From: the human T2T-CHM13v2.0 reference genome, Homo sapiens
NCBI RefSeq assembly: GCF_009914755.1
Contig: NC_060926.1
Strand: one strand, 5' to 3'
DNA: 64,000 nucleotides
The position numbers and the translations under genes were made by a program. The notes under the pieces were generated by a model, which saw only the letters and a program-made list of their open reading frames with translations, did no database searches and had not been told where the DNA came from. How positions within the stretch are numbered: position 1 is the stretch's first letter; every line of letters starts with the position of its first letter. Shown here in pieces: positions 1 through 11,080 of this stretch.

Positions 1-1185
1 TTAAAAAATTATCTTCTAGAAAGAGAGCTAAAAGAAAATGAATACACTAATATGTACAATTTTAGTTGATAGATAAAATGTAAAGCCTACAATATTCCAA
101 TGCAAAGGAGAAGATTGTAGCTGAGCAGAGACTCTTAAAGACCCAGCTCATTGGAATTAGGAATAGTTTGAGTTTAATTGGTAGGGAAGGGAAAACAATA
201 ATGCATGGGAAGAGTGGGATGGTAAGGAGTCCCAGGCGAGAGCTCCAGAGCTAAGATTGCACCTCATGTGCTGAATAACCTAAGCCCTCAGTAAGGCTAT
301 GCCACTGGCTGTGAGCCTGAATTCAGGAGATCTGTGGTCCAGGAGAGGTACTTACGTTTTATTCGGCTCTGCATATTTCATCTGCAAAATACTGGGGCGA
401 AATCAAACAACCTTATAGCATGTGCATTCTGGGCTTGTGGAGATCTTGCTTTCTCTGAGTTCATACTACCAAAAAACCTAATAAAAGAAAATATGTGGGA
501 AGTGTTGCTTTTACTCATTCCTAGTTGTGGACTGTTCTCTGCCCTCTGTATATCTTGGCCTGATGGACAGGTGATGACTGGGAATCCCAAAGAAGGGTCT
601 AGATTAGTCTCACTCTTTCTCCATCCCATGGATGATCTAATGAAGCCCTTCTTCAGCTGTGATGTGGAGCTTAGTTGATGTCTTCTCAGGACTAGCAAGT
701 CAAACTGCCCTTATTGAAATATGGAGTACACCACTTACAAGCTATGGGCCTTGGACAAGTCTTTATGGGCCATTTAAGGGAAGCAATTTACAATTCTGAA
801 GACTTCTGCTTTCATAGATGATTAAAGGTCACTTACTGGTAACCACCCAGTATGTTATTAAGAGCTACCAACCTTTCATCTTAGTTGAAAATGGCTCCAT
901 TGCTAGTATTTACCGAGGCCCAGTATTCAAGACTGCTAAGATCCCTGTTGCAACAATTCTGGACACAGACACATATGCAGAAAGTGAAATGGTCTCAGAT
1001 ATTAGTAAGGCAGCAACAGTATTGGCTAGCCCCAGTGGTCATTTTCAATGGCTAGTCTTATTTTGTGTTATAAATTACCATTATATCATGAACATTTAGT
1101 TCCTATGTAGTTAATCCTTCCATGTATGTGCCTAAACTAAATTATATATATATTTGCATTGTTGTTCTCCCATACCCAAATTTCT

Positions 1186-2215
1186 TTTTTTAAAAATTAT
1201 TTTTAGTTCTCGGGTGCATGTGCAGGATTTGCAGGTTTGTTACAAAGGTAAACATGTGCCACAGTGGTTTACTGCACCTATCAACCCATCACCTAAGTAT
1301 TAAGCCCAGGATGCATTAGCCATCCTTTCTAATACTCTCCCTCCCCTGACCCTACCCTCTGACAGGCCCCAGACTGTGTCTTTCCCCTCCCCATGTCCAT
1401 GTGATCCCATCATTCAGCTCCCACTTATAAGTGAGAGCATACAGAGTTTGTTTTTCTGTTCCTGTGTTAGTTTGCTGAGGATAATGGCTTCCAGTGTCAT
1501 CCATGTTCCTGCAAAGGACATGATCTCATTCCTTTTTATGGCTGCATAATATTCCATGGTGTATATGTATTACATTTTCTTTATCCAATCTATCATTGAT
1601 GGGCATTTGGGTTGATTCCATATCCTTGCTGTTGTGAATAGTATTTTAATGAACATATGTGTGCGTGTATCTTTGTAATAGAATGATTTATATGCTTTTG
1701 GGTATACACCCCATAATGAGATTTCTGGGTCAAATGGTATTTCTGGTTCTAGTTCTTGAGAAATCGCCACAGCTTCTTCCACAATGGTTGAACTAATTTA
1801 CATTCCCACCAACAGTGTAAAAGTGTTCCTAGTTCTCCACAACCTCATCAGCATCTGTTGTTTCTTGACTTTTTAATAATGGCCATTCGTGACTGGTGTG
1901 AGATTGTATCTCATTGTGGTTTTGATTTGCATTTCTCTAATGATCAGCGATGTTGAGATTTTTTTCATATGTTTGTTGGCTGCACGAATGTCTTCTTTTG
2001 AGAAGTATCTGTTCATGTCATTTACCCACTTTTTAATGGGGTTATGTTTTTCTTGTAAATTTGTTTGAGTTCTTTGTAGATTCTGGATATTAGACCTTGG
2101 TTGGATGGGTAGATTGCAAAGATTTTCTCCCGTTCTGTAGGTTGCCTGTTCACTCCGATGATAGTTTCTTTTGCTGTGCAGAAGCTCTTCAGTTTAATTA
2201 GATCCCATTTGTCAA
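1186..2215 (-). mobile_element. 5'-truncated L1PA (older primate L1): 3' UTR and end of ORF2
   Basis: Minus ORFs give ORF2 C-terminal peptides ([17 protein letters not shown]; WNQPKCPSMIDWIKKM). Poly-T at the left end. Perfect 16-bp TSD ccatacccaaatttct at 1170-1185 and 2216-2231. Confidence 0.95.
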
Positions 2216-2320
2216 CCATACCCAAATTTCTAAAGCAAATGTATTCACAATGCTTTTTATAATTTGCTTCTATAGCTCATTGGCAATGAGCAGCCTGTGA
2301 ATACCTCTGCAACATAGTGT

Positions 2321-2735
2321 TGCTAAAAGAAAGACTTTAGACATTTTCAAATTTAACAGAGTTTAATTTCGCAAAGAACGATCTTTTGCAAATCAAGCAA
2401 CCTCTCCCACCAACCCATGTTCCCCCTCTTCCTTCCTTTCTCCAGAGAATAAATTCAGTGATTTCTGTGCCACTTCGTTGTTGGAGAGGATTCAAGGACA
2501 GAAAAAGGAAAGTGAGGTGCTGAAAGGAGAAGTGAGGTACAGAAACATCTGGATTAGTTACAGCTTGGCACTTGCCTTATTTGAACAGGGCTGAATAGTT
2601 GGCTGTCTGTGATTGGCTGAAGCTCAGTGATTACTAGAGTAGGTCATAATTTGTTTACACATCTAAATAGGCTATAGAGAAACCTTTAGGCTGAACTTTA
2701 AATATGTAAGGGGAAGCTTTAGGCTAAACTTAACA
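2321..2735 (-). mobile_element. ERV1 solo LTR, MER57/MER93 group
   Basis: Starts tgctaaaagaaagactttagac...tttaacagagtttaat and ends ...tttaggctaaacttaaca, matching the recalled reverse complement of MER57-type LTRs. Confidence 0.7.
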
Positions 2736-2844
2736 CTATCAAGGTAAGTCTTATAAAATTATTCAGCTAATTTTAAGTTCAGAGATCATTGTTATTCATA
2801 TAAGATCAGTGTATATATTACTACACTTGCTTTAAATAAAAGAA

Positions 2845-3067
2845 GGGCAATTTCTTCCTTTTTTTGGTAAAGGGTTGGATAGAAAATATTTTAGGTTTTG
2901 CAGGTCATATGGTGTCTACCACCACTATTCAACCTTGATGTTTTAGTGCAAAACCCACTGTGGACAATACATAAACACATGGAGTTGGCTATTTTAAAAT
3001 TGAAACTTTATTTACAAAATCAGATGGTGAGCCAACCAGGCCTACAGACTGTAGTTTGGTGACCCTG
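2845..3067. mobile_element. MER58A-like hAT-Charlie DNA transposon
   Basis: aaatattttaggttttgcagg...aaactttatttacaaaa...tgtagtttggtgaccctg; similar to the copy at 50400-50617. Confidence 0.8.
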
Positions 3068-3558
3068 TTTAAAAAAGTAAGTGATGAGTAATTTGTGCAA
3101 TGTCCTCTGAAATTCTTTTTCATGCAATTTTCTTGGTCACTGGAATGTGAAAATTAGTTCAGAATTGGATCAGTTGGTCCTTGCCCTATATGAGTCAGCT
3201 ATATTAAAAAAAATTTGAGAACCACTAGTATACAAAAGGCAGGTTAGAGGTATTAGTGTTCTACAAATAGTCAACTTCATTTTTTAACCTGAGTGTTAGA
3301 GGCTGTGACTTGTAAAACCATCGAAAACATTTCTTTATGTATTTTTGTGGGGGAGCCACAAATAAAGGGATGGGAATGCAGCCTACTAGGCTAAATTATA
3401 CTCAAATGTCTGTTTATCAAAATGGAACAAGGCACTCAAAAATAATGACGGAATTTCTTAAAGAAATTGTATTTTAAATAAAGATGAAACTACATGAATT
3501 CTGTGGGCAAGAGATTGGATTAAAAACTAATGTGCATCTTTAAAATGAGAATAGGGCA

Positions 3559-4662
3559 CTTGAGATTAGGGAGTGGTGACTCTTAACGAGCATGCTGCCT
3601 TCAAGCATCTGTTTAACAAAGCACATCTTGCACCGCCCTTAATCCATTCAACCCTGAGTGGATACAGCACATGTTTCAGAGAGCACAGCGTTGGGGGTAA
3701 GGTCACAGATCAATAGGATCCCAAGGCAGAAGAATTTTACTTAGTACAGAACAAAATGAAAAGTCTCCCATGTCTACCTATTTCTACACAGACACAGCAA
3801 CCATCCGATTTCTCAATCTTTTCCCCACCTTTCCCCCCTTTCTATTCCACAAAACTGCCATTGTCATCATGGCCCGTTCTCAATGAGCTGTTGGGTACAC
3901 CTCCCAGACGGGGTGGTGGCCGGGCAGAGAGGCTCCTCACTTCCCAGTAGGGGCGGCTGGGCAGAGGCGCCCCACACCTCCCAGACTGGGCGGCTGGCCG
4001 GGCGGGGGGCTGACCCCCCCACCTCCCAGACGGGAGAGGGAGAGGGAGAGGGGAGAGGGAGAGGGGAGAGGGAGAGGGAGAGGGAGAGGGAGAGGGAGAG
4101 GGAGAGGGAGAGGGAGAGGGAGAGGGAGAGGGAGAGGGAGAGGGAGAGGGAGAGGGAGAGGGAGAGGGAGAGGGAGAGGGAGAGGGAGAGGGAGAGGGAG
4201 AGGGAGAGGGTCCTCTGCCTAGGAAAACCAGAGACCTTTGTTCACTTGTTTATCTGCTGACCTTCCCTCCACTATTGTCCTGTGATCCTGCCAAATCCCC
4301 CTCTGCGAGAAACACCCAAGAATGATCAATTAAAAAAAAAAAACAACAAAACCTCAAGGAGAACAAGTTGGTGAAATATCTCTCCATCATTTCAGGAATA
4401 ATTGATTTGCACTCTGACACAAACCGGTCCTGTATTTAACATATTAGAAACATGGCAATCCTCAGATATTCTGTTTAAAAGAAAAGATGCAATCTAATAT
4501 GGGCAATGGATACATAGGTGTTTGCTGTATGATTCCCTCTACTTTGGTATGTTAGAGATTTGGGGTTATGGTTCTTGTTAAAACGAAGTAAGCACAGTCT
4601 ACTCTGTCTCTGCCACCAAAACAAATAAAATCTCTGGAAAGAAAAAAAGAAAAAAAATAAAA
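3559..4662. mobile_element. Rearranged SVA: inverted SINE-R/VNTR/hexamer, sense SINE-R 3' end, polyA, 3' transduction, second polyA
   Basis: 3559-~3890 is antisense SINE-R, ~3890-4031 antisense VNTR units, 4032-4210 (GGGAGA)n. ~4207-4330 is the sense SVA 3' end (cctaggaaaaccagagacc...aatgatcaat), then an A-tract at 4332-4350, non-SVA sequence 4351-4637, AATAAA 4624-4629 and an A-tail. TSD taaaatgagaatagggca at 3541-3558 and 4663-4680. Confidence 0.93.
4032..4210 (-). repeat. (CCCTCT)n SVA hexamer repeat, about 29-30 units
   Basis: Directly visible gggaga tandem array with two 7-nt variant units near its start. Confidence 0.97.
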
Positions 4663-6668
4663 TAAAATGAGAATAGGGCAGAAATATTTATTTTATTAAT
4701 ATAATATGATTTTTAAAAGAGAACATTTCTAGTTTGTAACCTATACTTAAACCTTAAGTATATAAAATTGTAGGTTTTACACTATACACCTGAAAATATA
4801 AATCATATGATATTACTAGTCACTTAGTGTTGCTTTAAATAGATATAAATGCAAGCTGTTATGCTACCTAATGTTAGGTCTTATATTAAGAAAAACACAG
4901 TATCTAATTTTGGTCAGCATAAAATGGTTTTAACCTTGAACAACATTTATATATAATTGATATAATAAATTAGAAAATGACTTTTAGAAGTTTCAACGAA
5001 GGTTAAAATTAACAGAATAATAAGAGTCACACTTCTGGTTAAAATGTGAAACAGAAAATTTGAGTAAATATACTTAGAAGTGTCTCTTAAAAGTAAAAAA
5101 ATTATTTTATAGAATAAGTTTTTCTAATTACAATATATTTGCAAGCACCTTCCAAAAGTCTTTATTATCTTCAGCAATCAGGTAAAAATTTAGCTATGAG
5201 CAAAATGCAGCCCTTATGGTGATTTTTCACAATAGCTGTTTTTAAAGTAATACTGCAGTTTTGCTAGGCTAGCAAATTACCTTGCATGCACTGCACATTA
5301 CATATATCCCACGGGAATTTTCCTACCAATCAGTGGAGAGAGTACAAGCCTAGTGCATGTATCAGTAACAATTTAGGCCCTCTCTTCTAGTTTAGGCCTG
5401 CAGCTCCAGAGGCCCCAGTGATAAACAACTTAGTCTGGGAGAAACTATAACACACCTGTACTTCAGCCAATGAATGAGACAACATCAAAAACACCCACCA
5501 AATTCTTCCCAGTGTAATGAATCGTTACAAAAAGGCTTTACCTTATTTTCTATGTAACAAATATATGTCAGTTATCCAATTTTTGCTTATGTCAGGCATT
5601 GCAGATTGTTTTTGTTTTAAAGTAAAAATTAGTGATTTAACTATGCTCCTAAACAAAATTTGTTATATATGTTTATATACTCACTGCAGTCTGCTTGAGG
5701 TTATTATCCTTGGTTCTTTGTTTCTTTGAACACCTCTTTATCCTGTACTAATACATGTTTTGAAAGGTTCAAATGCCTTGGTAGAAATTGTCTAAAAACA
5801 GGAAGAATACTTAAAAAGCTTTTGTTTATGCATTTCTCATAAGCAATTATGAAACAAAGTGCTTATAGTATATGATGTCAGAATTTAGTAATTTAGTCTT
5901 TATTCTTGATTTACTCTTTCCTAATCAAGTCTGTGTATACAAAAAGTGGTGGATCTTTGCTCTCACATTATGACTACAAGCAAATTTTCTCTGCCTTGAG
6001 TGTTTTAGCATTGAGTCTGCAGCACACACATTTAGCCTCACATTTTGCCACTACCCAATTTTGTCCAGTTTTGTTTTATGCATGTTAGTTTTATTACTTC
6101 AATTTATTAGCGAGTGTTTTTAAAGCTAAGAATCAAATCTGAGATGTTTTTAGCATCTCTCAGCATATTTAGCATAATGCCAGCCTCATAGCAAACATTA
6201 AAGACCTATTTGTTGATTGACAGTAATCTAAACATAGTTAACATTTCTAATCTATGTCTACTTATGTGCCACTGGACAAAGATAGATCATCAATTTAGCA
6301 AAGAACCAAATAGAAATCAGGTTGGTTGACACAACTGGGTCAAATTTAAAATTTTGAATTTGACAGGTTTAAATAGCTCTACTCCTACTCATCATAATTC
6401 CTCATGATACATTTAGATTGAAAAGAGCACCTCCTCTCTGTCTCTCTTTCTCTTTTTATTCCCATTCTTTATTCAGTTCTAAATCTTGGCTTAATGATTG
6501 AGAAAAGATCATTCTTTCTCAAACCTTCACTGATAAAACCTCTCTCTCTTGATAACAATGGCTGAAAAAAATGGAAGGATCTGGCCTGTGATATCTGATA
6601 ATTACTTTGGGTTATAAGAAAGAAGGCTTTATTTTTTACTTTATTTTATCATTTAATTATTTCCCTGT

Positions 6669-7173
6669 TGTAGTGCACATCTGATAATTTAGCTTGTCTG
6701 GTACCTCTTAATCCAGCTAACGGAGTTCCCATTGTCGTTTTGTGAAATGTTTCTTCCATATTCTCAAGACTAAATTTTTCTTCTTCTTTACTCCATAAGT
6801 AGGCTCATGACCCAGGCCTGACCAACCAGAATGCCAGTTATTGGGTAGGGATAAAGCATAGATTTTTTTTGTCCAATGAGAAACTGGTTTGGATCTTCTG
6901 CTTGAACCACTGGGAGAGAAGAGATTTCTTTCTGGCAGGGCTGTTGAGGTGGAGGATTATATGCCTGGGGTTAGCTCGTCACCTTTGTCAACACATGATG
7001 TTTTCCAAAAATTAGTTAACACCAAAGAAAGAAGAATCGAGAAATAGCAAGAAACAGATTTTATGTGACTTAGTTTGAACACTTTGCAATATTAGTAATA
7101 AACTCCCTTTTTAGCTGAGGCCTGTTTGAGTTGAAGTTTCGTTATTCAAAACTGAAATAGTTCCGCCTAATTC
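6669..7173 (+). mobile_element. Old MaLR LTR (MLT1 J/K/L-like)
   Basis: Remnant motifs gacccaggcctgaccaa...aataaactcccttttt...gtttgagttg...ctaattca. Confidence 0.45.
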
Positions 7174-7496
7174 AAGTGCATAAAAAGAAACTCTTTCTCA
7201 TAAAAATAAGCTACTATGTCTTGGCTTAATGTTTTTTTCCTATTATGTTAAAAGTAACAGGTTTATCCTGTCCAGCACTATAGTGGGTGGGATAGAATTG
7301 GTTAGAAGTTCACGTTTTGTTGCATGGCCTAGTTTTAACAAGCCTAAGTATTAGGTTTAATATTGCTAACACTAACAAGGTCTGCTATACCAGGTGTAAC
7401 AATTGCTTGATGCTCAGTTTTATTTCCAAGATACTATGAATAAATTTATTACATTAAAAAGAATATGAAACCGATAGGTTGTTTCCATACTAAAAG

Positions 7497-7834
7497 TTTT
7501 TAATTTATTTATTTTTATTTTTAATTTTACTTTAAGTTTCAGGTTATATGTGGAGAATGTGCAGATTTGTTACATAGGTATAAATGTGCCATGGTGGTTT
7601 GCTGCACCTATCAACCCGTTATCTAGGTTTTAAGCCCCACATGCATCTGGTATTTGTCCTAATGCTCTTCCTCCCCTTATTCCCCAGCCCCCAACAGGCC
7701 CCGGTATGTGATGTTCCCCTCCCTGTATCCATGTGTTCTCATTGTTCAACTCCCTGCAAAGGACATGATCTCATTCTTTTTTATGGCTGCATAGTATGCC
7801 ATGGTGTATATGTGTCACATTTTCTTTATCCAGT
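7497..7834 (-). mobile_element. Short L1PA 3' end with an internal deletion
   Basis: tttgttacataggtataaatgtgccatggtggtttgctgcacc. It jumps from ttcaactccc directly to tgcaaaggacatg, compared with the intact version at 1415-1520. Confidence 0.9.
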
Positions 7835-8280
7835 TAAAAGACTTTTTAAATGTGGACATAATTTGTGAGTATAGCAGTGTTGCCTAAACATGTTTACCCT
7901 TCAGTGCAATGGCTGTGCAAATTTTCATCACCTGGAGTAACTACCTATACTTTAAATAGGTCAGTATTTTTTACTGGCTCAGTCCTGCAAGAGGATAGAA
8001 GAGGATGTGCTAGTGGCAGCAATGACTAAACACTTGGTCTCATTACACTTTCAGCTTTCTGTGTTTGCAGAAGGCCAGGTACTTTTCATCAAAGAAGTGA
8101 AGTTAAATGAAAATGTATTACACCAAGAAACTTACTTTCTAGGAGAAATTTCTAGAAAGAGATTCTGTGGTAGTAAATAATATAGAAAAACTAAGGGAAG
8201 GGTATTATAAAGAATTACCAAAAGTACATCTATGCAGTTCTAAAGAGAGACAAATATAACTAGGTGATGACAGTTACATT

Positions 8281-8923
8281 TGAAATACAATCTGAATCAC
8301 ACATGACATTTAAAATTTTCTAGTAGCCATGCTAAAAATAGCAAAAGAGGGAAATTAATTTTATAATATATTGTATTTTACCTACTGTATCCAACTCTAT
8401 TAATCTGTTTTCATGCTACTGATAAAGACATACCCAAGACTGGGTCATTTATAAGGAAAAAGAGGTTTAATGGACTCACAGTTCCACGTGGCTGGGGAGG
8501 CATCACAATCATGGTGGAAAATGAAAGGCACCTCTCACACAGTGGCAGATAAGTGAAGGGAACTTGTACAGGGAAACTCCCCTTCATAAAACCATCAGAC
8601 CTTGTGAGACTTACTCACTATCACGAGAATAGCATGGGAAAGACCTGCCCCTGTGATTCAGTTACCTCCCACTGGGTCCCTCCCACAACACATGGGAATC
8701 ATGAGAGCTACAATTTAAGATGAGATTTGGGTGGGGACACAGCCAAACCATATTACCAATATATCATCCTTTCAACATGAAATTAATATAAAAATTGAGA
8801 TACTTTACATTTCTTTTCATGTTTGTTTGTCAATATTCAGCATGCATTTTGTAGTTACAGCAAATCTCTAGCCACATGGTAATAGTCACATGTTCTAATA
8901 GTTACCGTAACGGACAGAGCTGC
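8281..8923. mobile_element. MER33 DNA transposon split by a THE1B LTR
   Basis: tttaaaattttctagtagccat...gaaattaatttt...atcc on the left continues as atatcatcctttcaacatg...ctagccacat...ccgtaacggacag on the right. Confidence 0.75.
8396..8755 (-). mobile_element. THE1B-like MaLR solo LTR
   Basis: tctattaatctgttttcatgctactgataaagacatacccaagactggg...gggtggggacacagccaaaccatatta; 5-bp TSD ccaac/ccaat. Confidence 0.9.
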
Positions 8924-9109
8924 ATTAGAGAATGAGGAAAGATAAAATTCATCCTAGCTAGTTTCTGAACTTTAAATTTCTACCTTAAAAAGGAGAGCTA
9001 GGGGGCACATCTTTATAGCTACCCTCTCCCCAACTCTAATCTTAACCTTAACTCTAGCCCAGCCTTTACCTTGCTTCCTGCCTCAGGAATGAAAGATAGT
9101 CAGTGCATT

Positions 9110-9610
9110 TTGATGAATTATTATGCATCAAAATGTTATAAGAAACAGATGGCACCCAAATTGCATAAATTAAGGAAAATTTAATAAAATAGTTGTTTAC
9201 AAAACTATGTTGCCAGGGTGAATAGAAACCACAGGGTATAGTGTGATACCCAAGGAATTTAAAATAAGTGAGACTTTACCACCTCACGCCTGAAGGGAAA
9301 TGGGAGGAAGTAATCTCCAGAATCTGGAGAGGGTGAGTCATGTGTGGAGGGCCACATTATAGGAGCTACATTCTTCAGTTAGAGGACATTGCCCGTCCAT
9401 GGTAACACTGAGGAGACAGCAGGAAAACTAAACCTCAGGCTCCACTTTCTGCTCCCTCTCCAATCTCTGGTGGTTATTCGTATTGAGCAAGCCCACCTGA
9501 ATGCTGGAGGCAAGGCAGCCTGAGGATGCAGCCTGCATAGTCAATTGCTGGAGCACCGCAGGTGGGGAAGTATGATCTGGAGGGGAAAGTTAAACACATC
9601 CGGAACAATT
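9110..9610. mobile_element. Old ERVL LTR (LTR33/LTR41-like)
   Basis: aagaaacagatggcacccaaa...tttaataaa...gaaaccacaggg; weakly similar to the reverse complement of 16630-17100. Confidence 0.4.
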
Positions 9611-9984
9611 GCCAGCTTGAGGAAATTAAGAAGCAGCAAAGCAAAATCATTGATAGAATACAAAATTAATGAGGCCTCGAAAAGAGTAAAAAAGAAAACA
9701 CTAAAAGTATGCGTTTTCTTAATCTTCCGGCACTTTGGCATCTTATGTTTTGTTCCCTGTCTTAAATAGTGTGTCAAGGTCAATAATTTTGAAACTAAGG
9801 CCCACAGGTGGGTTTCAGGGGACCCAGAAACTCTTTGAAATGATGTAGAATATTGTGTATATATGGTTTTTTTCCCCTGAGCAAAATCCGTGGCTTCCCA
9901 TAAATTCTTGGTTGTGGGAGCTTAAGAAACCCCAGTGATAGAGAGCAGAACATAAAGCTGTCCAAATTGCTGAACATTACCCAG

Positions 9985-10400
9985 GGGTAGTAGGGTCAGC
10001 AATTTTCGTGGGTTGAAGGCCCCAAAGCAGACCTTGATTTATTAAGAAACTGAGCCCGGAAGAAACTCATTGGGAACTTGGGAAGCAGGACAGGGAAGGC
10101 AAAGGAGACAAACAAGGGTGTGACTTCAGGCAGCGTCCTGAGAAGGGTGGCTTCTGCCTGGCCTGACTCTTAGGGGGAACTCTGGAGTGTAAGCTACAGT
10201 TGTCATTTGTCATGTCTAAGGGCTACCCAGAAGATGTGAATTTCTGAGCAATTTTGGCTTTTTGTACAAGAGGCCTAGCTGCTTTGGTAGCCCAAGGGCT
10301 GTACTCTGAAGAGCCTGAGATGCTGGCAGTAGGAAGGAAAAGGTCACCCAAACAGGCAAAGGGCCACATAGACTAGGTAAGGGGTATCTGACAGTGACCA
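9985..10400. mobile_element. Old ERVL LTR (LTR16-like)
   Basis: gggaagcaggacagggaagg...aacaagggtgtgacttcaggc remnant motifs. Confidence 0.35.
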
Positions 10401-10859
10401 CCAAACCAGTGCATTTGGTGCCACTGGTGGTGGAGATGAGTGGCAGGTAATTAGTTTTTTAAGGCATGCAGAACTCAGTTTCTCATCACTGAGCCAAAAC
10501 ATGCATATTATGCAGTGAGGACTGGGTAGTTGAGCCAGGGTTCCACCAAATGCCTACAGCCACTGGGTCATAGATCCCTGCTTTTTACCCCGATGGAAAA
10601 GTCCCAGAGCTTTTTCCAATGCATAGCCTTGAAGTGGTAGCATCTCATGGTTCTCTAAGTTATCAAAGTACAACATGTACAAAAATTCATGTGTTGTATC
10701 CTAACTAAAATTCTGGTCCCAGCCTCAATCCACTCAGTCACAGAGTAATCACAATCAACACAAAATGTTAAGCTATTTCTAACCATTGCTCTTCTTCTGA
10801 TTCCCACTACCCTGCTCTTAGTCTCTTCCTTTCTCATATAATGACCATAATAATAATAC

Positions 10860-11080
10860 AATGATGATGATGATGATAGAAACTTATTAAGCACTTATTC
10901 TATGTAGCCGCAAGCTAAGTATTTTATATGGATTGCCTAATTTAAATAAACCACATTGTAATTTTGATAGGATTATTATTTTCATTTTATAGCAGATAAC
11001 ACAAGCTTAGTGAGTTTAATTAATATTCCCAGGTCACAGAACTGGTAGTGTGAATCCAGCCTTGCTGATTCCAGAGCTTG
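10860..11080 (-). mobile_element. MIR SINE
   Basis: ttattaagcacttattctatgt...attattattttcattttatag...cccaggtcacagaactggtagt core. Confidence 0.7.

Noticed and set aside
3883-4260. 125-aa ORF with a poly-(ER) tract
   Set aside because: It is a translation of the SVA VNTR and (GGGAGA)n hexamer, not a gene.
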